Origin: Deltaproteobacteria bacterium | GTDB taxonomy: Bacteria; Desulfobacterota; Desulfobacteria; Desulfobacterales; SG8-13 | DNA: 34,378 bases | Direction of reading: 5' to 3' | Assembly: GCA_024639205.1 (NCBI GenBank) | Contig: JAHEIV010000002.1 | Location: forward strand, 1 to 34,378 | Position numbers and translations under genes: made by a program | Notes under the pieces: generated by a model | Told to the model about the DNA's origin: nothing | What the model saw: only the letters and a program-made list of their open reading frames with translations | The model's database searches: none | In this document: in pieces, positions 1-8,993 of the stretch | Position numbering within the stretch: the stretch's first letter is position 1 | How the letters are laid out: each line of letters begins with the position of its first letter

Positions 1-1
1 G

Positions 2-634
2 GAAAAGGTCATCCTGACCCGGGAAAATCACCAACTGATGGAATCGCTCGGGCAGAAAAACAGCCAGCTGGAGAAAGCCAACCGGATTTTGAAAGATCTG
101 GCCTGCCGGGACGGGCTCACACGACTTTTCAACCATCGCTATTTCCAGGATGTGATTCACAACGAGATCCTCAGAACGAAACGCAACGGGGAAGTGTTTT
201 CGCTCCTTTTTCTGGACCTGGATCACTTCAAACATTACAACGACACTCACGGACACCTGGAAGGCGACCGACTGCTTCGAAAACTCGGTGAAATTTTGCT
301 CAAAGCGGTGAGAGGCTCCGACATCGTCGCCCGCTACGGCGGCGAGGAGTTTGTCATTATGATGCCGGCGACGCCGAAGAAAAATGCAGCCGTAATGGGA
401 GAGAAATTGCGCCGCTATATCGAGAATTTTCCTTTTCCGGGACGCGAAACCCAGCCGCTTCAGAAAGTGACCATCAGCGTTGGGATAGCCACTTACCCGG
501 AGGACGGAAAGGAAAGACCGGAGCTGGTGCAACGAGCCGACGAGGCCATGTACCGTGCCAAGAAACTCGGCCGGAATTCTGTCTGGACGGCCAAACCCGA
601 ACAAGCCAGTGGGGATCGTCAGACCGGAAGCTGA
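2..634 (+). CDS. GGDEF-domain diguanylate cyclase, 5' end cut by the window edge
   Basis: The frame is open from nt 2 (EKVILTRENHQL precedes the first ATG at 38); stop is TGA 632-634. GGEEF active site (RYGGEEFVIMMP). RxxD I-site (RGSD) sits exactly 5 aa upstream of GGEEF. DLDHFKHYNDTHGH block is typical of GGDEF domains. The N-terminal part looks coiled-coil. Confidence 0.85.
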   Translation, partial: EKVILTRENHQLMESLGQKNSQLEKANRILKDLACRDGLTRLFNHRYFQDVIHNEILRTKRNGEVFSLLFLDLDHFKHYNDTHGHLEGDRLLRKLGEILLKAVRGSDIVARYGGEEFVIMMPATPKKNAAVMGEKLRRYIENFPFPGRETQPLQKVTISVGIATYPEDGKERPELVQRADEAMYRAKKLGRNSVWTAKPEQASGDRQTGS

Positions 635-727
635 GTTGCGATTCGCGTGTGAAATGATCGGTTCAGCAAAACCCTGTCCGTTCGGAGAAAGGTTGAAACC
701 GCCGACGGTCAGAAGGGAATTCAGACC

Positions 728-2686
728 ATGCAAAACATACTTGTCGTCGATGACGAAAAAACGCTGTTGATGATCATGACCGGTCGCTTTGAAGACTACA
801 AGGATCGGTTCAATGTCTTTACCGCCGGAAACGGAAAAGAAGCGGTCCAGGTCCTGGAGTCTGAAGAGATAGACCTGGTGGTAACCGACCTGAAGATGCC
901 GGAGATGGATGGAATCGAGCTGATCGCATACCTGAGCAACAAATTCCCCGCTGTGCCTTCCATCGCAGTCAGTGCATACTGTACGCCGGAGATTCAAAAT
1001 AAGCTCAAGGGGCTCGGTGCGTTGCGAGTAATGGACAAACCGGTTAATCTCGACCTTCTTGCCCAGGCGGTGCTCAACGGACTGGATCAGGTACACAAAG
1101 GCGGTTCGCTGAACTGCGTGTCGCTCAGCAGTTTTTTGCAGATCATAGAAATGGAGGAGAAAAGCTGTCGAATCGATGTCCACGCGAACAGTCAGCAACG
1201 CGGCAGTTTTTTCCTTGTCGGCGGTGAGCTGCGCGATGCCTCCTGCGGTGAACTGACCGGAGAGGCAGCCGCCTACGAGATGATCAGCTGGGAAAACACC
1301 CACCTGTATATTAAGGACCTGCCCAAGAAAATGCCGGAGAGGCGAATCGAGAAAGGGTTGATGTCGGTGGTGATGGAAGGGTTGCGCAAAAAAGATGAAG
1401 CCGGCCCGGAACAGGATGCGAAAGCGGCCTCCGGTGAGGATAAGCCGGCGGCGACAAAAAAGCAGTCTGTCAATCCGGGCCATGAGAAACAGCCGCCCGC
1501 CAGGTCGAATACCGTAAAGGTGATAAAAGCCGATTCGGACGATCCGGGGCCCGTTTTCGGTCCGGAAGACGACACCTTTACCAGTGAGTTGGACAACGTG
1601 CTCGATATACTGAGTGAAGATCCGGAGGTGGCCGAACTGAAAGATGCGGCCCCTGCGCCGAAAAAGCAACCGGGTGTCGATGTCGAGCGCTTTCTGCTGC
1701 CGGCCGATATTCTGGATGCGGCCGGAGCAGACCAAACCGGCGCCGAGATAATTTCTGCGCTGATACAGAAAACCGGTGCTGCAGCGCCGGTAGATGTGGC
1801 GATTCTGCTGACACCGGTGGAGGGAAGAGCCGACGGAATTCGTATCAGCAATCTGATATACGCTGACCAGCGGAACGTTGCCACCAGTACCATTATGCCG
1901 CTTTCAAATTCGCTGATCGCTCAGGTTCTGGAGCGCAAAGTGCCGGCGGCGCTGAACCTGGCAGACCTGCCGCCCGGCAGTGTCGAACAGAAGCTGCTTG
2001 ACCGGTTGGAGATGAAATCTTGTCTTTTGGTACCGCTGGCCGGTGAAGGGAGTTCGCCCGTCCTGTTGATCCTGGCCGCCCGCCAGGAGGGACAGTACGA
2101 TAATGGCGGTCCGGAGCTGGAATGGGTCATCGGCGGACTGCCCCTGGCGCTTGAGAGGAGGCAGCTGCAAAAAGGGCTTTCCGGTTACAGGCAGGTGGCC
2201 GAAGTCGTTCGGCACATTGAAGGAGCCGTGCTGTCCGGTACTATCGAGATCGAACCACTGTTTAAGAATGTAATGAACCGGATTCGCACGATTTTCCAGG
2301 TAGAGGCCGGCTCGCTGTTTCTCAAAGAAAAAGACCGCCTGAAGATGGCCATGTCGTTTAATACGATCACCGGATCGCTCAAGAAATTCCAGCTTAATAT
2401 CGGCCAGGGGATTGCCGGGACCGTTGCAGCCAAAGGCAAACCTATTATCGTCAATGATGCCCAGAAATCAGAGATTTTATTGCGGGAAATCGACAAACAG
2501 ACAGGCTTTACCACCCGATCGGTTCTCTGCGTCCCGCTGGTTGCTCATAAAAAGGTCATCGGGGTTCTCGAGATTCTCAACAAATCCGACCAGGAATTTA
2601 CTTCTGAAGATGAACGTCTTTTGCTTTCCATCGCATCCGCTTTGAGCATCGCCCTGGTATTCAAACGGAGCCAATCCGGCCGCTAG
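728..2686 (+). CDS. Response regulator: receiver (REC) + DUF4388/PATAN-like domain + low-complexity linker + GAF domain(s); no DNA-binding output
   Basis: N-terminus ILVVDDEKTLL...DLVVTDLKMPEMDG...DKP matches CheY-like receiver acidic pocket, phospho-Asp and Lys. GGSLNCVSLSSFLQIIEMEEKSCRIDV...GEAAAYEMISW resembles DUF4388. About 120 aa of A/P/E/D/K-rich linker follows. C-terminal GIAGTVAAKGKPIIVNDAQKS...SVLCVPL...VIGVLEILNK is a canonical GAF signature. GAAGGGAA lies upstream of the ATG. Confidence 0.8.
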   Translation: MQNILVVDDEKTLLMIMTGRFEDYKDRFNVFTAGNGKEAVQVLESEEIDLVVTDLKMPEMDGIELIAYLSNKFPAVPSIAVSAYCTPEIQNKLKGLGALRVMDKPVNLDLLAQAVLNGLDQVHKGGSLNCVSLSSFLQIIEMEEKSCRIDVHANSQQRGSFFLVGGELRDASCGELTGEAAAYEMISWENTHLYIKDLPKKMPERRIEKGLMSVVMEGLRKKDEAGPEQDAKAASGEDKPAATKKQSVNPGHEKQPPARSNTVKVIKADSDDPGPVFGPEDDTFTSELDNVLDILSEDPEVAELKDAAPAPKKQPGVDVERFLLPADILDAAGADQTGAEIISALIQKTGAAAPVDVAILLTPVEGRADGIRISNLIYADQRNVATSTIMPLSNSLIAQVLERKVPAALNLADLPPGSVEQKLLDRLEMKSCLLVPLAGEGSSPVLLILAARQEGQYDNGGPELEWVIGGLPLALERRQLQKGLSGYRQVAEVVRHIEGAVLSGTIEIEPLFKNVMNRIRTIFQVEAGSLFLKEKDRLKMAMSFNTITGSLKKFQLNIGQGIAGTVAAKGKPIIVNDAQKSEILLREIDKQTGFTTRSVLCVPLVAHKKVIGVLEILNKSDQEFTSEDERLLLSIASALSIALVFKRSQSGR

Positions 2687-2720
2687 CGGTTTTTACGATA
2701 CACAACGGACGATAACACCA

Positions 2721-2743
2721 AGCCTGCCTGTCGGGCGCAGGCT
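2721..2743 (+). terminator. Possible stem-loop terminator after the response-regulator gene
   Basis: AGCCTGC (2721-2727) pairs with GCAGGCT (2737-2743), 7 bp with a 9-nt loop, 35 nt after the stop codon. No U-tract follows, so it is weak as an intrinsic terminator. Confidence 0.3.
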
Positions 2744-2764
2744 CAAAGCCCCCGGGACCGTCGA

Positions 2765-2793
2765 TTGACGGTTTTGCCTCCAGGTCTTATGTT
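2765..2793 (+). promoter_or_regulatory. Sigma70-like promoter for the aminopeptidase gene
   Basis: TTGACG (2765-2770), 17-nt spacer, TATGTT (2788-2793). It lies about 37 nt upstream of the ATG at 2830, which has a GGAGG RBS at 2820-2824. Confidence 0.45.
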
Positions 2794-2829
2794 TGACGTC
2801 GTTGGCATCAAACTCCCCTGGAGGTATGG

Positions 2830-5331
2830 ATGAACAATTTTGTCCCCACTCACTATCACATTTCCCTTACTCCGGATCTTACCAGTTTCCGATTCTCGGG
2901 ACAGGTTACCCTATCGGGCGAGCTGACTCAGCCGGCCGATGAAGTCGTACTTCACGCGCTGGAGCTGGATATCTCTGCATGCAGCGCCTGGATCCGCAGC
3001 AACCGGGTGAACTGCACCGTCACTCTGGTACCTGAAAAGGAACAGCTGCGCATTCGGCTGCCGAGAAGGTCCGATGGTGATATTCGAATAAAAATCGAAT
3101 ACAGCGGGTCGATCAACGACCGGATGGCCGGATTTTACCGCAGCCGGTACCAGGTATCCGGTCAGACCCACTATATTGCAGTTACCCAGTTTCAGGAAAG
3201 CGACGCCCGGAGGGCGTTTCCCTGTCAGGATCACCCGGATAGAAAAGCGACCTTCGATGTGGAGATGACCGTTGACCAGGACCTGGTCGCCATATCCAAC
3301 GGTACGGCAGCCGAGGAAGTTGATCTCGGAAACGGGAAAAAGCGCGTTCGCTTCACCCAAACCCCCCGCATGTCGACTTATTTGCTTTTCTTTGGTGTCG
3401 GTGCATTTGAAAGCGTCCGGGACGAGACAGATGATCGGGTGCGGGCCGTCACCACGCCGGGAATGACCCCCTATGCCCATTACGGACTCGATTTTGGCCG
3501 CAAAGCACTTCAGTTTTGTGAACAATACTACCGGATTCCCTACCCGCTGCCAAAAATGGATCTGCTCGCCATCCCTGATTTCGCTTTTGGCGCAATGGAA
3601 AACTGGGGTGCCATCACCTTCCGCGAAAACCTTCTCCTGCACTATCCGAATATCACCTCCCGCTCGGGGGAAGAACGGATCTGTGAGGTGATTGCCCACG
3701 AGATCGCCCACCAGTGGTTCGGGAACCTGGTTACGCCATCCGATTGGAAGTACCTCTGGCTTAACGAAAGCTTTGCCACCTTTTTCGGTTACGGGGTCGT
3801 GGATCACCATTACCCGGAGTGGGGAATCTGGGAGCAATTCCTGGGGGGACAGACCAACTCCGCCCTGGCGAGAGACGGCATGCATGAGACGTTTGCCATC
3901 GAAATCCCCGGCGGAGACCATGTCGTGATCAACTCCAGCACCGCCCCCATCATTTACAGCAAGGGAGGCAGCATCTTACGGCAGGTCAAAGGCTACATCG
4001 GAGATAAAAATTTCAGAAACGGTTTGACCCGTTACCTTGAAACCCACGCCTATGGAAATACCGCCAGCCATCATCTTTGGGAAGCATTTGAAGAGGCATC
4101 CGAGCAGCCGATCACAAAGATGATGCAAAGCTGGATCGAACAGCCGGGTTATCCCCTGGTAAGCGTCAGCAAGGAAAACGACACGCTGATCCTGAAACAG
4201 CACCGGTTCACCTACCTGCCCAATTCCTTCGATCAGCACTGGAACATACCGATCAACATCGCTGTTTTAAAAACAAGCGGAGAAACACAGATCGTGCAGA
4301 CCCTGTTGACGGAAAAAGAGCAGTCTGTGCCGCTGGGTGAAGAACCGGTGGCTTACAAGATCAACGCCGGCCAGAGTGGTTTTTACCGCACCCACTATAG
4401 CGATGTCCAGGCGCTTGCATCCCTTTCACGCTATGTCGAAACCCGGGAGCTTCCCGCAGCGGATCGCTGGGGATTGCAGAACGATTTATATGCCCTGGTC
4501 AGAAGCGGGCAAGTCAGTATCGATGCTTATCTGCGATTTCTGGAATCATACCGGCACGAAGATGCCTATCTTCCTGTTGTGAGCCTTACCGCAAATCTTT
4601 TTCAGGCGTATCTGCTGCTGGACAACAGCGGCCGTCACAAGGTTGCTGCCGCCGGAAAGGCAATACTTGAAAACGCTCTGAAGCGAGCCGGCTTCGAGCC
4701 TGCGAAAAGCGAGCCCTTCACCGTTTCGCTGATGCGGGATCAAATCATTTTTCCTGCGGTTGAATTTGGTGCCGAGAGCATTGCTGAATTTGCCCATCAA
4801 AAATATATTGCGCTTGCCACGGGCAATGAAACAGTGCACCCCGACATCCAAAAGGCCGTCTTCCAGGTGGGCGCCTCGAAGGGCGCCTCCAAGCAGCTCG
4901 ATTGGCTCTTGACGCGTTTCCGGCAATCGGAAAGTGAACACGAGCGCCTGAACATTCTTGCCGCTTTGGGCTGTTTCAGAGCGCCGGAGCAGATCGAAGA
5001 AGCCTTACGATTCGCCCTCGACGAAGTGCCGGACAGGAACAAGTTTATCCCGATTGTCGCCATGGCCGGCAATGCGCATGCCGTGAATCTTCTGTGGGAT
5101 TGGTACCGGGCGCACCGCGAAGAATTGGAGAATTTTCATCCCTTGCTCTACGAACGCGTAATTGCCGCGATTTTCCCGATGGTCGCACAGCAACAGGCCG
5201 ATGCGGTCAAACGCTTTGCTGAGAGCTATTTGAAAGAGCGGCCACAGCTTCACGACGTACTGCGGCTTTCGCTCGAAAAGCTGGAAATCAATCTGCGTTT
5301 CCGGAAAAGCCACTCGACCACCAAGACATAA
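2830..5331 (+). CDS. M1-family zinc aminopeptidase (aminopeptidase N / tricorn-factor F3-like) with ERAP1-like C-terminal helical domain
   Basis: Exopeptidase motif GAMENWG (FGAMENWGAITF). Gluzincin motif HEIAHQWFGNLVT-x-WLNESFA (HExxH + E). 833 aa is typical for M1. Strong GGAGG RBS. Confidence 0.9.
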   Translation: MNNFVPTHYHISLTPDLTSFRFSGQVTLSGELTQPADEVVLHALELDISACSAWIRSNRVNCTVTLVPEKEQLRIRLPRRSDGDIRIKIEYSGSINDRMAGFYRSRYQVSGQTHYIAVTQFQESDARRAFPCQDHPDRKATFDVEMTVDQDLVAISNGTAAEEVDLGNGKKRVRFTQTPRMSTYLLFFGVGAFESVRDETDDRVRAVTTPGMTPYAHYGLDFGRKALQFCEQYYRIPYPLPKMDLLAIPDFAFGAMENWGAITFRENLLLHYPNITSRSGEERICEVIAHEIAHQWFGNLVTPSDWKYLWLNESFATFFGYGVVDHHYPEWGIWEQFLGGQTNSALARDGMHETFAIEIPGGDHVVINSSTAPIIYSKGGSILRQVKGYIGDKNFRNGLTRYLETHAYGNTASHHLWEAFEEASEQPITKMMQSWIEQPGYPLVSVSKENDTLILKQHRFTYLPNSFDQHWNIPINIAVLKTSGETQIVQTLLTEKEQSVPLGEEPVAYKINAGQSGFYRTHYSDVQALASLSRYVETRELPAADRWGLQNDLYALVRSGQVSIDAYLRFLESYRHEDAYLPVVSLTANLFQAYLLLDNSGRHKVAAAGKAILENALKRAGFEPAKSEPFTVSLMRDQIIFPAVEFGAESIAEFAHQKYIALATGNETVHPDIQKAVFQVGASKGASKQLDWLLTRFRQSESEHERLNILAALGCFRAPEQIEEALRFALDEVPDRNKFIPIVAMAGNAHAVNLLWDWYRAHREELENFHPLLYERVIAAIFPMVAQQQADAVKRFAESYLKERPQLHDVLRLSLEKLEINLRFRKSHSTTKT

Positions 5332-5764
5332 ATCTTCTCGCCTGGCAGGAAAGCTTCTTCAACTCGGTTTCCGCTGAGTCCAAGCGCCATCCCGGCAGCT
5401 GTATGGTTGAATGCGGCGCTTGGCCACTTCAACGGTTTTTCCCGGATTCCACCGCCGCATGAATCCTGCCGGCATCCGCTGACAACCATTTTCGTCTCAG
5501 CAAACCCTGACTCCCTCTCCGGGCAACTCTGCAGCTTTCGGCTGCGATGGCATCTGTGGATGCCGACAGGATTATTTCTTTGTCGTTTATGATACTCTCC
5601 GGTTGAAGAAACTGGTTCAAGGATTTGATCAAAAAATTGACGTGTTCCAGTGTGCTCGCTTCTAACACCGTGGTAAAAGATCTGCTCTGACAAGCCAGGG
5701 GATGGGGCCGGTACATAGCTGGATTTCAGCGGTTGCTCGTCCCGGCAGGACCCAACAAGAATCC

Positions 5765-5791
5765 TTGACATGACAAGCGATATTATATAAC
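5765..5791 (+). promoter_or_regulatory. Candidate sigma70-like promoter upstream of actB
   Basis: Perfect -35 TTGACA (5765-5770) followed by an AT-rich tract TATTATATAAC. The best -10 is TATAAC (5786-5791), but the spacer is only 15 nt. It lies in the lower-GC part of the 591-nt gap before actB. Confidence 0.3.
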
Positions 5792-5922
5792 CGATTAAGG
5801 CAAATCATTCCGCCCACGGTTGTCATTATTTTGAACATCCTAGTGGCACGAACCAGTTTTAACTCGGCTGCGAGGTTAGGCGACAGCCACTAACCCAATC
5901 TGATCGCGGAGAACTTGGGTCC

Positions 5923-8889
5923 ATGGATCGGCGAACTTTTCTAAAAATTGTCGGTATGGGAAGCGTGTCAATGGCGGTCGGCTGCACTCCCGATCCTTAC
6001 AATGCCCCCAGACCGGAAAAACACCTGTTTTCTTTGATTCACGCCCCGGAGGATATGGTTACGGGTCGGGCCAGCTGGTATGCAACCACCTGCCGGGAAT
6101 GCCCTGCCGGCTGTGGGATGCTGGCCGGCAACCGGGAAGGCCGGGTGATCAAGGTCGAAGGAAACCCTCTTCATCCGGTGAATCGCGGAAAGCTCTGTAT
6201 GCGGGGCCAGGCGAGCCTGCAGGGCATCTTCAATCCGGACCGGATTCGCAGCCCCCTTCTCAAAAGTGAGGGCGGCTGGCGCACAATCTCCTATGCCGAG
6301 GCCGAACGGCTGCTATTGGAGAAGACAGCACAAGCTGCCGGTTCCGGAGATAACCGGGTCCGAATGGTAACCGAGGTGGTCGGCGACACCCTGCTGCAAC
6401 TTTGCACCGATTCGCTTGCCCAATGGAAATCCGCTCCACCGTTGGTCTTTGAGCCGTTTGCGTACGAGTCTTTGAAAACGGCCAACGAACTTGCTTTCGG
6501 CGTCAAGGGTCTTGCTTCCTACCGTCTGGAAGAGGCGGATCTGCTGGTGGCATTCGGCGCCGATTTTCTGGAAACCTGGCTGTCACCAGTGGAGTATGCC
6601 CGCAAATTCAAGCAGATGCATGCGCTGCGCGATGGGCGGAAAGGTCGCTTTATTTTCATCAGCCCATACGAGTCGCTGACCGGCACCAATGCGGATCTGT
6701 GGCTGGACTGCCGGCCCGGCAGTGAAGCCATCGTGCTACTTGGGCTGATTCGAGAGGCCCTGAAGCGCGGTCGGCCGACCGGATTCAGCCGCAAATTGCG
6801 TTATCAGCTGCAAAACTCCGCTTCTGCATACAACAAAGAAAAGGTCTCTCAGCTTTCGGGCATATCGATCCAAGATTTCGAGCGTGTCGCCGAGGCATTG
6901 AGACGGGCCAGCCGGCCGCTGGTCTTGGGAACGGGGCTCGGCAACGGTGGCCCCAACTCCTTGCAGACCAACGTGGCCGTCAACCTGCTGAACGTGATCC
7001 TGGATCCGGATCTTTCACTTTTCGACTTCGAGCAGCGCCATCGGGTTGAAGTGGCCGCATCGCTTGCCGAGGTGAAGCAAACTTTCCGCAAGCTCCAGGA
7101 CGCGCCGCCGGATCTTTTGCTGCTCAACAATGTCAATCCGGTATTTTCGCTTGCCGACGGTGGGAAAATCGAAGAGATCATTCAAAATCCAGCCATATTC
7201 ACGGTCTCATTCAGCAACTTCATGGACGAAACCTCCGCCAAAGCGGATCTGGTTTTTCCGGTCCGACTGGCGCTGGAAAGCTGGGACGAATACAGCGGCA
7301 AACAGGCAATGGTCTCCACCCTGCAACCGGCCATGGGCCGGTTGACCGAAGCCCCCATGCTCGGTGATTTGCTGTTGCGGGCGGCTGGCGGGGAGAAGAA
7401 ACCGACCGGCGGTTACAAAGGACATCTGGTAGCCCGGATGCTTTCCAGGGGCGATATCAGTGGGGAATTAGACTGGCTCAAGGCCGTTCAACACGGTGGC
7501 ATCCACCAGCCGCCCGCACCGAAGAGATACAAAGGCAGAGCCGGAGGGCCGACCGCTGAAAAAATTCAGGAGCTATTCTCCGCGCTGGAAAAACCGCAGT
7601 CCTCGGACTTGGTTTTTGCCGCTGCACCGAGCCTGCGGTTTTTTGACGGACGCGGGGCCAACCGGCCCTGGTTGTGTGAAATCCCCGACCCGATCACCCG
7701 GGTGGCCTGGCAGACGCCGGTGTTGATGCATCCAGACACCCTTAAGCAACATGGCTTGAATCACGGCGCGTCGATACAAATCAAAACCGACCGGGGGGAG
7801 CTGTCGGCACCGGTGTACCAGACCCATAGCGTGCGTCCCGGTATGCTGGTAATGGGCATCGGGCAGGGCCACACGGCCTATGGTCGGTACGCCGAGGGCA
7901 TGGGGAAGAATCCCCTGCGGCTGCTGCCCCCGGATACGGACCCCAGGACAGGCGGACCGCGCTTTTTCACCGGCGAGGTTCAGCTGGCTAAAAGCGTCCA
8001 TAAAGTAAAATTGGCCTCCACCGATGGCAGCCGCAGTCAACAGGGCCGGAAAATCGCTCTCACCATTGGATTGGACTCGCTGGAGGATCTGAAAAAGCGA
8101 AAGCTCTCGGGTTTGACCATGTCGGATTTTCCGCTGGTGCTGCCCCTGCCGGAAGGATACGATTCCAAGCGCGATTTTTACAAGCCTCACGACCACGTTG
8201 GATACCGGTGGGCCATGGTGGTGGATATGGACCGCTGCATCGGCTGCGGGGCCTGCGCTGCAGGGTGTTATGCGGAGAACAACATCGGTCTCGTCGGGGA
8301 GAAACGCGTAGCACAGGGCAGAGAGATGGCCTGGCTCAGCGTGGAACGCTACGAAGATCAAGGTGATGCGAAGAAGCTCATCTTTCTGCCGCTGATGTGC
8401 CAGCACTGCGACAACGCACCCTGTGAGTCGGTGTGCCCGGTCTATGCGCCCCATCACAACAAAGAGGGCATGAACAACCAGATTTACAACCGCTGTATCG
8501 GCACCCGTTATTGCTCCCAGAACTGCCCGTATAAAGTCCGGCGCTTCAACTGGTTCAGCTGGAAATGGCCCGAGCCGCTTGAACTGCAGCTTAATCCAAA
8601 CGTCACCGTGCGCGCCAAAGGGGTCATGGAAAAGTGTTCCTTCTGTGTGCAGCGAATCAAGGACGCTCACAACAAATCCAAAAATGAAGACCGAAAAATT
8701 CGTGACGGTGAAATCATACCGGCCTGCGTGCAGACCTGTCCGACCGAGGCACTGTCGTTCGGCAACCTGATGGATCCAAACAGCCGGGTGCGCAAACTGG
8801 CAGCAGATCCGCGCGCTTATCAGATTATGGGATACCTGAACACCAAGCCGGCGGTGTTCTACATGAAGAAGGTGACCCAGCAGGTGTAG
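5923..8889 (+). CDS. actB: Alternative complex III subunit ActB (fused molybdopterin-oxidoreductase-like domain + 4-cluster ferredoxin domain), Tat-exported
   Basis: Twin-arginine signal MDRRTFLKIVGMG. N-terminal CxxCxxxC...C block (CRECPAGCG...CMRG) as in the MopB family. C-terminal Cys clusters CIGCGACAAGC, CQHCDNAPCESVCP, CIGTRYCSQNCP, CSFC...CVQTCP. The 988-aa fusion followed by NrfD-like and DUF3341 genes is the ACIII signature. Confidence 0.85.
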   Translation: MDRRTFLKIVGMGSVSMAVGCTPDPYNAPRPEKHLFSLIHAPEDMVTGRASWYATTCRECPAGCGMLAGNREGRVIKVEGNPLHPVNRGKLCMRGQASLQGIFNPDRIRSPLLKSEGGWRTISYAEAERLLLEKTAQAAGSGDNRVRMVTEVVGDTLLQLCTDSLAQWKSAPPLVFEPFAYESLKTANELAFGVKGLASYRLEEADLLVAFGADFLETWLSPVEYARKFKQMHALRDGRKGRFIFISPYESLTGTNADLWLDCRPGSEAIVLLGLIREALKRGRPTGFSRKLRYQLQNSASAYNKEKVSQLSGISIQDFERVAEALRRASRPLVLGTGLGNGGPNSLQTNVAVNLLNVILDPDLSLFDFEQRHRVEVAASLAEVKQTFRKLQDAPPDLLLLNNVNPVFSLADGGKIEEIIQNPAIFTVSFSNFMDETSAKADLVFPVRLALESWDEYSGKQAMVSTLQPAMGRLTEAPMLGDLLLRAAGGEKKPTGGYKGHLVARMLSRGDISGELDWLKAVQHGGIHQPPAPKRYKGRAGGPTAEKIQELFSALEKPQSSDLVFAAAPSLRFFDGRGANRPWLCEIPDPITRVAWQTPVLMHPDTLKQHGLNHGASIQIKTDRGELSAPVYQTHSVRPGMLVMGIGQGHTAYGRYAEGMGKNPLRLLPPDTDPRTGGPRFFTGEVQLAKSVHKVKLASTDGSRSQQGRKIALTIGLDSLEDLKKRKLSGLTMSDFPLVLPLPEGYDSKRDFYKPHDHVGYRWAMVVDMDRCIGCGACAAGCYAENNIGLVGEKRVAQGREMAWLSVERYEDQGDAKKLIFLPLMCQHCDNAPCESVCPVYAPHHNKEGMNNQIYNRCIGTRYCSQNCPYKVRRFNWFSWKWPEPLELQLNPNVTVRAKGVMEKCSFCVQRIKDAHNKSKNEDRKIRDGEIIPACVQTCPTEALSFGNLMDPNSRVRKLAADPRAYQIMGYLNTKPAVFYMKKVTQQV

Positions 8890-8993
8890 CCGATCGGTTG
8901 AGTCGGTTCGGTCCGTCGGGTTTGTGCCGACTCTCTTAGCCGAACCGGCAAAACTTACGCAACAGACCCAGCCGACGAAACGGGAAACTATCG

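Noticed and set aside
2911-3921. 336-aa minus-strand ORF inside the M1 aminopeptidase gene.
   Set aside because: It is a shadow ORF opposite a gene with unambiguous GAMENWG/HExxH motifs, and its composition is not protein-like.
5614-5641. tRNA T-loop-like GGTTCAAGG (5614-5622) and an FNR/CRP-like TTGATCAA...TTGAC site (5625-5641).
   Set aside because: No complementary T-stem or acceptor arms flank the GGTTCAAGG. The TTGAT half-site is not followed by ATCAA at the required 4-nt spacing.
5250-5771. 173-aa minus-strand ORF (and the nested 95-aa ORF at 5429-5716) in the gap upstream of actB.
   Set aside because: It overlaps the aminopeptidase 3' end by 82 nt. Its composition is R/S/G/C-rich, and I recognise no RBS or domain. 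I treat the region as non-coding, although a decayed gene cannot be excluded.
5844-5860. Sigma54 promoter suggested by a perfect TGGCAC -24 element upstream of actB.
   Set aside because: The -12 position, where TTGC is expected 4-5 nt after TGGCACG, reads AGTT. Without the GC dinucleotide this is not a credible sigma54 promoter.
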